64,000 nt of DNA from Callorhinchus milii. Its lineage: Eukaryota. The position numbers and the translations under genes are program-made. Positions 25,965 to 37,242 of the stretch are shown in pieces. Position 1 is the stretch's first letter, and each line of letters begins with the position of its first letter. The stretch covers positions 136,216,001 to 136,280,000 of the forward strand of contig NW_024704742.1 of the NCBI RefSeq assembly GCF_018977255.1. The letters are read 5' to 3'. The notes beneath the pieces were generated by a model, which was given only the letters and a program-made list of their open reading frames with translations, was not told the DNA's origin and made no database searches.

Positions 25965-28900
25965 CTGCGAGAAAAACAGGCGAAGGGGGAGTCTCAGCAA
26001 AAATCTACTACCCAGGAGGACAAGCACATTCACACGAAAGGATTCAAAGACGGGAAACACAAGCTAAGAGGGCCATGGCTCAGCTCATCTCAAAGGAACG
26101 ACACCCCATCCCCACAGCGATGACCTAAAGATACAGATACAACGGAGGTCACTTTCCTTCCCTAAATCTAATCCTGGCAAAATACCTCCCTCTATTCTAC
26201 AGGAAAAATTGGTCAAGTTGCTGGAAATTAATATAATTCAGGGTTTGTTGGGTTATTAGATGTATTGAAGGAATCTTTTGGAAAATTGGACTTATGCCTA
26301 TAACAGCAACCATGTTACCTTTATAACTCAGTTTAGATTTCATTCTCACTTTGTTGGGCAGATGCCATTAAGACCTCCAGTCTGTATGATGCACCTCCTT
26401 TTATCATAAAGAAGAGCATCCCTAAACTGCATCTTGCCCTGAATTCAGACACTCCTCTCCTAACCCTTTCAAACCTGCTCACTTTCATCCTATCCCTTCC
26501 CCAATGTAACCTTCATGATACCCCATATATGCCGTATGTATCCTTCACGATATGCCAGGGCAACCTTATTGCCATTATGTCCATCCTTTCTAAAGGTATG
26601 GAAGTTGGGATCCACTCTCAAACGATCCAAAAGCGTGGGGCTAGTCCATGGCTTAGCCACAGTGATCTTCTTTCCAGTGGGACGAATCCTCTGTAACTCG
26701 GCTCTTTGGTGATTGCTTTCCATGCCATTCAACATCTGCGTCTCCTTTGATATGGTATGGCACTGCGTATCTGTAAACTTCTTGAGGTCTTCAATGCACA
26801 CTCTATGCCTATAGTGGATGGGTCTACCTGGTTTCCTTTTTCACCAGCTGTAGGTTCCCCAAACTCTCTCCCAATCTGTTACTTCTCCACATCGATGCCT
26901 TGCTCCATTCATGTAATACGTTCTTCGGCTGATGATTCCATTGTACGTTCATCAATTTTTTCCTTGGCACAGAACCTCCATTCTTCCCAGTGTAGTGACT
27001 GAATCGCTTTGCTTTGATCGCATCTGTGCCCTTTGATGGGGTAAACAGGTTATTTACTTCAGATGTGGTAATGTCTCTTACCTCCCACCTATAATGGTTC
27101 TATTCTTCAGCATCTATCAACACTCTACTTCCTCTGTTAAATTGGTATAGCTCCTCCATTCAGTTAGGTCTATTTCATACCAAGTTCATATTTTACTAAC
27201 AATTTTTCTATAAATTACATAATAATCCTTTACTACACCTCACACATGCAAAACCAGACGAGTTATCCAACAACAACAAATTACATCTGTATATTGCCTT
27301 TCACACCAGGAGAATGTCCCAAGGTGCGGGACAGTTAGGGATTCAAAATAAGTAATGCTTGTTTTATTTCTCTCCAACTTTTCTTGTTTTTCCCCTTTAA
27401 ATTGATTCTATAATAGATAATGCTCCTCTGAACTTTCTTCATTTGGTCCTAAATTCCAAGTTTTCCACGCTATAGCCAGTGGTGGTCAACCCATTGTCCC
27501 CAGGCTCAAAGTGGGCTATGGGTGTCAAGAAATAGCCCTCCAAACATTCACACTAGTCCAGGTAAGTTTATGCTAAATCATTATTTGGCTTCCAGGCGCT
27601 ACTGTGGAAACACTACTTCATTGAGCGAGTAGTAAACTCATAGAATAGGCCCCCTGGGGAGACAGTGGAAGCAGAAAATGTCATTTGTTTCAAGAACAAA
27701 TTAGATAGATTTCTGCGAGAAAAAAATCTCAGGATACAGTCGGGCAACTGACAGGATCGTGGAAAGCGAAATAGACGGACCTTGGTCTTCTTTCGCCTAG
27801 CAAATCCTTATGTACTGATTAGTGATATTTTATGGTGTGGCCATATATCAAGAAATATTTATTTGGGTGGTGACCATATCTGTGGGGAGTGTAGGGAGGT
27901 GCTACTGTTTTCTCCTGTCTGAGCAGTTCCACCTTGTGTTGATGCAGATGATTGATTGAGTGGGGATACCCACATCTTCTTGGTGGCATTTGCCAGATGT
28001 TCCTGTGCCACAAACTAGGTGAGATGAAACTGAAGCGCTGATAATGTTAAAGTCCGATAATGTTGTTGTACAAGGGAGTCACAAGAAATGGAAGTCGAGA
28101 GGAATTTTCTCAGCTGTTTGGAACTATTCCATGTAAGGGGTATTCCACCTAACAGCAATCTCCTCCCAATTTTTTGACAGCCATTGAATCTCTGACAATC
28201 ACCCATTAATTCAAAGCTGACCACCACCGCCACCTTTCAATCAATGCAGATTGGGAAGGCATGAAAAGGACCACCTTAGCACCACATTCAATTGCTGCGA
28301 TTTGGTTTTGATGAAGTTTATTCAGTGTGGAAGCAATTGGTAGCCATCAGTTTCAGGATTAGATCAACATTTCTGGATATGTAAGAGAATTTTTTTGTTA
28401 GTAATCTGCACTTAAGTCAGAAAAATAATTCAGTGCACTATACTTACAAGTAATTGTGGACTTAAATAAAACAAAATATGTATTTTGTCAAACAGGGGCT
28501 GAAGATGAAATTCAATATTTATTAGCTAGTAAAAGTCAATAATCTGTAGAAACTAAAAGTGCACACACTATCGCTATAATATTGTATGTACAATTGTCTA
28601 ATGGTTCCATGTTCTTAGCATTGATGGGTGAAATGTTTGTGGTGTGCAGTAGAGTCTTGTTGTCTCCTGGTCCACTAGAGACACTCACACTGCACTGGCT
28701 ATTATTCGAGCAGATCAAGCGTAACTTGCAAGTAGTGTAAAGCTGTCCTTTATTCAATGCTCAAGAGTAATTTCTATTTGCTTACAATAGCCTGCATAAC
28801 AAAATTCCACATGTTCTTAGCCCTAATACCATTGACTTGATATTTAAGATCATCCAGAATTTTGGAGATTTCTTCAATTGTGTCTTTATCTAAAATCCAT

Positions 28901-28978
28901 TTTCTTCTGTTCTTCATTTTCTCTTTCTCATTGTCTCCCTCTTGTTTCCTCTCTCTCTCTAGAGAGGGAGAGGGGAGG

Positions 28979-28980
<2 letters not shown>

Positions 28981-29016
<36 letters not shown>
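28981..29016 (+). repeat. (GA)n microsatellite within a purine-rich tract (28960-29136)
   Basis: Perfect GA run plus GAGAAAA-type repeats. Confidence 0.9.
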
Positions 29017-29019
<3 letters not shown>

Positions 29020-32000
29020 GGGAGGGAAAACAGGAAAGATAGAAAACAAGAGAGCAAGAGAGAAAACAAAAGAGGGAAAATGAGAAAACAGAAGAGAAAA
29101 CGAGAGAGCGAGAGAAAACGAGAGGGAGAGAGAGAGATCTTAAAAAGAATCACCTACCAACTTAATGAATTTAAGAATTCTCCCAAATTCTGATTAATCG
29201 TAAATTTTAATACTAAGGTCTCAAGGCTGAGATGATCAGAATTTTGGATGCTCCAGTGAGTGAACATGTGGACAATCAGCATTACAATTTCTGGGCTGAG
29301 AGAGTTTCCCAGCCAAGCCTGCTGACAGATCCAGGGAAGAAAACAAACCGGGAAGAGTGAATGGATACAGAAGGCAGCAATGGCCAAAAAGATGGAGAGG
29401 ATTCTTGGGAGAGGGTATGGTGAAAAGGAATTAAATGTTCACTAAGACCCAATGAAACAGGCTAGGAGAGCTCGATGACCCTCCCCCCCACCTCCGCAGG
29501 CTAGTGAGCAACAAAACCAAAACATTTAACACAACAGTATGGTACAACAATAAGAAAATAATGATTAAAAATAGCAATCTTGTGGTCAAGCAAGTTAACT
29601 GCCATATGAACTAAATGGCAGATCACATCAGGACATGATGAAATGATGACGCAGTTCAGCCATTCTCATCCAGACCTCAATAAAATGAATGAATGTGAAT
29701 AACTGGATTTGATTTGAATCCAGTTGAAAACTCTTGTTATAACCAACTGTCATTTTCAAGTGTATATAGATTCAACTGGTAGTGCTGCATTGTCAGAGGT
29801 GTCGTCCTTCTGGTAAGAAGTTTAAACCAAGGTTTTGTTCGCCTGTTCAGATGGACATCAATGATCCCACACACTACTGGAAAGGAAGAGGAGGTTTTCT
29901 TGGTGTCCTGGCCACCACTCTTAATCAGTACTTCATGCCCGCTGTGAGTTCTTGCTGCGCACAAAATATCTACTGACCACAAAATGTCTGCTATATTCGC
30001 TCACAAAAAGTTACTTACTAGTTTTGACGAAAATTGTTTTAACTCAGTTTTTAATGTTGATATGAGGCTCCATAAAAATGCAAGTTCCTTCCTCCAAGCG
30101 CCTAACTCAGGATTATTACGGATATGAGCAAGTCACGTCAGGCATGGCAAAACTCTGCATGAAACATAATCTATTTGTGCAACAGAGCTCAGTGTTGGTA
30201 GTGTTGTATAAAATGCACAGAAAAGTATATATCTAGACTTTGAAATCTAATAATAATAATCCTTGCATTTGATAGAGCACATTTTATTATGTCTTCAAGA
30301 CGTCTCAATGTGCTTCACAGGATTGAACTGTAAAGTGAATTGACTGTGTATTTTGTGGCAACCAATTGTGCGCAGCAATAAAGTTCAAAAAAAGAGATTC
30401 GCAGCGAATTGCTGTCATGTGTAGTGACTTGTATTTGTAGGTCCCCGCAGCAAAATCCCACACGATCTACAAGGCAAATGCTAGCAGTCAAGTTGATGAT
30501 AACCCTAAGAATAATCCTTGCATTTGATACAGCGCATCTACTGACAACAGTAAGCCACTCTTGTCCTAGCATTGTTTAACTTTCTTTACACATTTGCTTT
30601 CTAAAACTTTTGCGACATAACCCACTTGTCGACACACCACTCATGCTGCATTGAAGGGAACAAAAGCTGAACATGTGAGATAAATGGCAGCTGCAGTCAC
30701 AAAAGACTTATATCATATAAAACACTCAACAACCCATCTACCTGTTGTTCTGTTCATCAAAAGGCTTGCAAAGAGCTTGTGGAACATGCTATCCACCTAA
30801 TGAGGGCTCAAACCTGTACTTTTGAACATTAATGATCAACTAGTGAGCTGAAGGAATGGAATATCAGAATTAAGTTGATTCCTTGTGGAAGTCTCGCTTC
30901 CCGATCCAGGCAGATAGTCTAACGCACTGCTGATGTCAGACCTGCCAGTCTTGGGCAGGGCAGACCCGTCCCTCGAGAAATGGATTCTTATCACTCTAGG
31001 GGCAACCTCCATCTAATAATCCACGGAATTAGGTGAGCAGAGTGCTTCCCTCCGGGGAGAGAACGCACATTCAATTTGAGTCACGGAAATTTCCATGTGT
31101 ATGTAGCATACATGGAACGCTCAGTCTGACTTAGATACTCTTGAGCCTGGTGATGGGTTTCCACATCAGACATTAACATCATGCTGCTGCTCAAAAAAGG
31201 TAATACTATTGAAAAGAGTTTCTCCCAGTGCCCAGGCCCACAACAATAAATGACGATAAAGTGGGCATTCATTGTGGGACTTTACTAGTGCATGCTTGCC
31301 TCCCATTAGAGACACTACACTTGACAAAAGTATTACTTATAAAGCTCTCAAATATTTTGTCAAAACAAAGACAATAAAAATATAATTTCTTTCTTTTTTG
31401 CTACAGCCACTTTGTAAAAATTACATGAAGAACAAGACTATTTGAGCATTTTTTGAGATGGAGTATCATTTTCCTATTTCGCATCCATGTCAAAATAATT
31501 TAATTTTCCATTTGATATAGCACTTTACCACATCTCAAAGTGCTTCACAGAATATACTGCAAAGTTAATTGACTGTATAATTAATAATAATAATATTAGA
31601 TGGGCGAAACGCAATAGTCAATGGCATAGCAGTGTCCCACAAAAAGTCGTGGATTGAGTGACTAAATTATTATAATTTTATTTATTTATTTTAAAAAATG
31701 GATTATTACTCTCAGAAAAGCGATCAGCCAATCGACCAAAAAACGGGTTCCCACTTACTGCTAGGTGAACAGAGGCATGTGGAGTAGGATACTTGCCCAC
31801 TCCCAGAGTGAGGGAGGCGAGAGGATAAAGGACAACACTGAGCTAACCAGGTTCTTGGGTGAACGTGACAATCAGGTCAGAGTAGCCAACAGTGGGAGTT
31901 TTTCTCCTCATTGTTGCCTCCAAAGACAGAATGAAGATCCACCTTGAGAGCTGTAATTAGTGAACAATAATAATTTTCTATTTTCCTGTCCCATTTAAAG

Positions 32001-32993
32001 TATCTCCTTTGTGCCTTCTGCTGAAAGCAGCTATAGGAGTAAAATAGGTCATCAAAAAAATCCCATTATTTTTTAAGACATTTTCAGGCACCGAATAATG
32101 TGCAATATTGGAAGATTTGATATGAAGATTCAACAGCTTATAGGAACATAGAATGAATGACCAACTCTTGTTTCTATTAATCATGGCTGATCTGAACCTC
32201 AAATATCTTTAAATATATTTATTTATAAATTATATAATTGTTTATAAATATTTTTAAATACATATAAATATGAAAATGTTTTATTTAATACAAATATTTT
32301 TAAATAAAAAAAGTAAAGCTTTTAACTGATCTGTATATCAATGATTTTTCTTACATTTGAGTGTAGTTTGGCTTAATACAACCTACTGCCTCCTTGTCTA
32401 TTATGTGTTTGGCATTTACCAGACAATAAAAAAAAGTAAACAACCGACTTTGAGTCACCCGCAGCTGAACACTTGCCACTGACACTTCGTTCACTGACAT
32501 TTCAACCTAAATAGCTTCCACTATTATTCCATAGGTAGTGTAATTATTAATAATAATAATCCTTGCATTATCACTTCGTTGAGACGTCTCAAAGCGTTTC
32601 ACAGAATATACTGCAAAGTGAATTAAATGAGTATTTTATGGGCGCAATTAGGTTAGGGGTAAACAGTAAAAATGCTGTGTAGACATGAATTGCATCTCAT
32701 GACTGTGTATCTAAGGTGTGACAACATGAAGTTATTCTGCTCAGTAATTTTAAACTGGAAGGGTATGACTGCTCTCCTCTGTCAGTGCCACTCACAGCTC
32801 AAACGGAAACCCAAGTTTAGGAAAAAAAAGGCATTGAAGGGCATCAAGTGCTTAGTAAGCAATTACAATGGAAGAGAAATTACAGAGCTAGTTAAGTATT
32901 TCAGTGAAATGTTTCCTTAAGATCTCAAAATCTACAGCCATTTAACCTGTGCCTGTGAGGACTCTGAAAGATAATTGAGGACAGCTTCCTTAC

Positions 32994-33113
32994 TGCGATG
33001 GTAGTTTGCCGGCTGCGCTGGAAAGCCATTCTGCTGTGCTGCTTGCTGAGGGCCGGTAGCAATCTGTATTAGTCCTTCGGTGTGGTTCACAGGTAACATG
33101 CTGCTGGGCTGAC
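32994..33113 (-). CDS. SMAD4: SMAD4 coding exon 6 (linker)
   Basis: [39 protein letters not shown]; tccccAG / GTaagg; 120 nt, phase 1-1. Confidence 0.93.
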
Positions 33114-34640
33114 CTGGGGAGGTGGGACAAGCACAGTGCATTAGGAATGCTAGGATAACTCATTCCTAAGTTACTGAATTACTTAAAAATGTTTAAACTA
33201 AAATACACAGATTCAAATCAAACTGTGAAACTCAGAAGACAAATGTGTGAATACAGGAAATTACACCGGGGCTGCAACAAGCAAGATAAAGATTCCCTGA
33301 AATAGGCTGTAATATTACAGCAAATATAAGTGATTATTGTTCATTAAATATGCACCTGAGCTGATTAACAGATGAAGTTCAATGGAGATAATTGGTACTG
33401 AATGAAGAAGTGAAAACAGAAGGTACATGCACTTCATGAATGGGATATAAACTACCAAGGGGAACCTGAAAGAGATCTAAGGTTGTTCACTCATTTCTCT
33501 CTCTATGTTGAAATCCTGTGATGTAGTAACAAGGCAAACAGGATGTCAGTCAGTACTGCCAAATTAATTTACATGCCTAGAGTCACACACAAGTTGTGCA
33601 GTGCTCTTGTTAGGCTGCACTTGGGAGCTTTGCATAAAATACTTTCTAACTAACCTCCCTCTTAATTCTTCTTTGCCCCTCATTTCGGAGGGAACCAATA
33701 GTAATAACACTACATAGCCTCTCATACCCTTCTATAGAAATGCCTTAAGAGAACTCCTAATTCGAGGCTTATTCTATCTAGAGGGGCCTTGAGTAACCAT
33801 AATCATAAAGTAACAATAATCGGTTGTATTATTCCTAAATATTATCCTAAACGTAGATCAAGAAGGAGTGGAGTTCCTGAAACTCAATTCCTTATTGGCC
33901 TAAATACGCAGTTGATCAAATTATGTGGTAAACTTGTTTATATTTTTATTCTATGCAGTTTTAGCTGGTTATACCAGCAGTTCCCCAATGCACATTCTTG
34001 GTTCCTCAAGCAATGGTTTTCTCCAAGCTGTGGTTATACATTCCAGAATTAGGTAAGCGTGGTGCAACCCTCCAGGGAGACAGTGGATTCCAGACACAAG
34101 GAAATGACTATGACAGGTGGAATGTAAATGCGGAACTCAGTCTGGTCTGTATATGTCTGGTCTGCATGTCAGACAACTGGCTAACCAAAAAAGTGCAGTC
34201 AACATCAGGGTCACGATATCAATTGCAAGTATTAATACTTGCCATTTGATATAGTGAATTATTACACTGAAACATCTTAAGCGTTTCAGTTTGTGGTAAT
34301 TGGTTTTGTACAAACACTGCGCAAACCATGTGTAAATGCAAGTGTGCATTGTTTGGTGTGCACACATGTGCAAGGAGGGAATTAAAAATGGTTTTAGGGA
34401 TTTAATTAACATTCAGACATGCTCCTTAAAAGTGTTCGCTCAGATTCTACTTTGGGTTACTGCAGACCTTGCAGTCATGTGTACAAGCTTAATCATAGTC
34501 CCTTCATGCTTTCCACTGGATATCAAGCCTACGATTCTCATCCCTGAATTTCTTTTTCTCTGTAATATTCTTCTCACTTCCCCCTTCATCACCCCCCCCA
34601 GCAATGCTCATCTAAATTCAAAATTGTATCCTCAATATCT

Positions 34641-34967
34641 GTGGAGTCCTGTAGCTCAGTGGTTAGAGCACTTGCTTTGCAAGTGAGATACCTGAGTTCA
34701 ATTCCAGGCAGAGGGCGAAACCTTGGGCAAGTTTCCTTACTCCACACAGAGCCTAATAATAATCCCTCCAAAAAAACAAAACAATAATAAATTGGTCATT
34801 TTCAATCTACGACTGTTTGTGGGACATTGCTGTGTGCAATTGGCTGCCGCGTTCGCCCACAAATATACAGTCAATTCACTTTACAGTATGTTCTGTGAAG
34901 CCCTTTGGAACGTCCTCCCGACGTGAAAAGCGCTATATCAAATGCAAGGATTATTATTATTATTATT
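34641..34967 (+). mobile_element. Young tRNA-headed Deu-type SINE, full-length
   Basis: tRNA-like A/B boxes (TAGCTCAGTGG..GTTCAATTCC), Deu core GTGGGACATTGCTGTGTGCAATTGGCTGCCGCGTT, L2-like tail and (ATT)n. Confidence 0.92.
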
Positions 34968-35518
34968 TAGTGGAAATAAACAATTCCTGCTTCTATTCTA
35001 TCAGGTCTACTTCTGCCTGGTTGAGGCCATACTTAGGTCTCAATCACCAACCTGTTTTACTCCCAAGTAACTGTCAACGGTTTGGGTTGGTTGGCATCAA
35101 TTGGCAACAATTAGCACAACCCACTTGAGAAATGTTGCCTCATGTTAAATCTACTGTTGAGAATTAAAACTCATCAACTCTGGTAACACACAGTTACAAG
35201 ACAGAATCTCCCAGGTAAGGCCTCTAGAACTTGCTACACCTTCGACTGCGCATTCAGTCACCCTCCTACCCTTACCCTCCCTGCCCTCCTGATCCCAATC
35301 CCCTGCTCGGGTCCAAATCCCTGACCTCCCATTACCTTGAGTCGCCCTCCCGATGTGAAAGGCGCTATACAAATGTAATTTGTTGCTGTTACCAGAAGTG
35401 CTGTGTTTTAACTGCAATATCAACACTGTAGTAGTTAAGTTATGCAAAGAAATTCGATGTTTCCTAGATTTTCTGCAGGTACAAGCTGGAGGTTAAAACT
35501 GAGCGAGCAATCACTTAC

Positions 35519-35722
35519 TGGTGGTGGCAACGGGAAGGCTGGGGAAATTGGGGATGCTGAGGCTGCTGGTATCTGGTGTTAGCATGGCCGGTCCACTGTA
35601 GGTTTCTGCTACCGGCCTGGCGCTAGGCGGATGCTGGATTGTCTGCAACGAGTGTCCTTCAGTGCTCAACAGAGATTGCTGTCCCTCAACTTGTACATAT
35701 TCATTTGCAAATTCATCTTTTA
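35519..35722 (-). CDS. SMAD4: SMAD4 coding exon 5 (linker)
   Basis: (V)[67 protein letters not shown]; cttttAG / GTaagt; 204 nt. Confidence 0.9.
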
Positions 35723-37212
35723 CTAAAAGAAAAGGACGGGAGATGCCACAATTAAAAATTGGAAACAACTATGTTCATAATGTGGTATACGATACCGATA
35801 CGAAATTGAGGGAATCATGTTGACACTGCTTAATACCAAAGTGGATGCATTTGTGTGTGTGGGGGGGCAGGGAAAACGGACATGGCAACGCAGAATGACG
35901 TAAAGAGTTTGGCAGAGTGGGCAGGTAGGTGGCAAATGCAATTCCATGTCGATAAACAAAACAGTGCATTTCGGTAGAACAAATGAGGAAAGAAAATGAA
36001 ATGAATCACAAATAAGACTTTAAATGGATTAGAGCAACCTTGTTGTGCAGATAAGCAAATATACAGGCCAATAAAGATGCAAGCACAGGTATATAATGTA
36101 ACGTGATGAAAGTAATCCTTGGTTTTGTATCCAGAAGATAATACTAAACATGTACAAAACCTTAAGATAGCCTCCAGCTATAATATTATGTATAGTTTTC
36201 ACCACTTAGTTATCGGAAGGTTACAAAAGTACCCTTTCTTTGAAGGGGTTACCTGACAGTGGCTTTTAAGATTATGACAAGCTAAACGATAGAGGTTTCT
36301 TTCCTTCACAAGCTGCAGACTATCCAGAAATCTCTAGCTCATTTTCTTTTCCACACAAGATCCGCGAGCCGAGCCTATCTATGTCCAGTTCCACTGGCAT
36401 CTCACTTCCAGTTGGTTCAAGTTAAAAATCCTAACCTTTAAACCTCTGAATGTCTTTCCCCAACCTACCCCTGTGACATCCTCAAAACCAGTAGCTACTT
36501 CCTCTCAGTATCACCCCCACCCAACCGTTAGTGGCTTTCAGTGTATGTATCCCCCACCCTCTTGAACTCCATTCCAGAAAATTTCAATTCACCCCTTCAC
36601 TTGCCTCCTAAATTCTGCACTTCCAGATATCCTCCCCCCCACCCCACCTCCCACCCCGAACTTGGTGTCAACCATAAGATTATCCAGCACCTGGAGTCAG
36701 CTGAGCGGAAGCAAGGTGGGGAATAAACAGTCAAAGAGTTAGGGGGGGTGCCAGGGTGTAACAAGAATTTGTAGACGAGTATGAGGTTTTAATATTAAAA
36801 AGTATGGAGAATGAGCAAGAGTGGCATTAGACTAGATTGGATGGAGAAAAGTGCTGGTTCAATTTGATAGGATGAATGGCCTCTTTCTGTGCTGAAATAT
36901 TGAATGGTTTTAGACCACAGCAATGAGGAAATCAAACTACAGAAAGATTAGCATTAGTTGCTTCTATTTTCTTCCACAGGCAGACATGAAAGTTAACACA
37001 GGCCTCTTCAACACTGCACCCAAATTAATTAACGCACTGTATATAAGGTTTCCCAGCTCTCAATTCACTCAATTTAATTTAAACAATTCCAGAATACGTA
37101 TTGTATTCCAAAATACAATACATAGTCAATACATATTCATTCACGTCAGTCACCATATAAGTTGTCACAAAATCTATTCAGCAATCCCCAAAGAGATTGA
37201 TTGACTGTTTAC

Positions 37213-37242
37213 CTGAACTCTGCAGCGTCAATCCTGAAAGAT
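37213..37242 (-). CDS. SMAD4: SMAD4 30-nt micro-exon carrying the nuclear export signal
   Basis: (D)LSGLTLQSS; caatgaAG / GTaaac; absent from the ORF track. Confidence 0.93.

Noticed and set aside
31081..31272. ORF containing SSSMML, resembling human SMAD4 PSSMMV
   Set aside because: Wrong position (intron 6, not intron 4), no further similarity, no convincing splice sites
34641..34715. tRNA-like sequence with a TGC anticodon-like loop (also 53405-53479, 58042-58115, 59000-59072, 63800-63875)
   Set aside because: SINE heads continuing into the SINE body; no proper acceptor stem, so not tRNA genes
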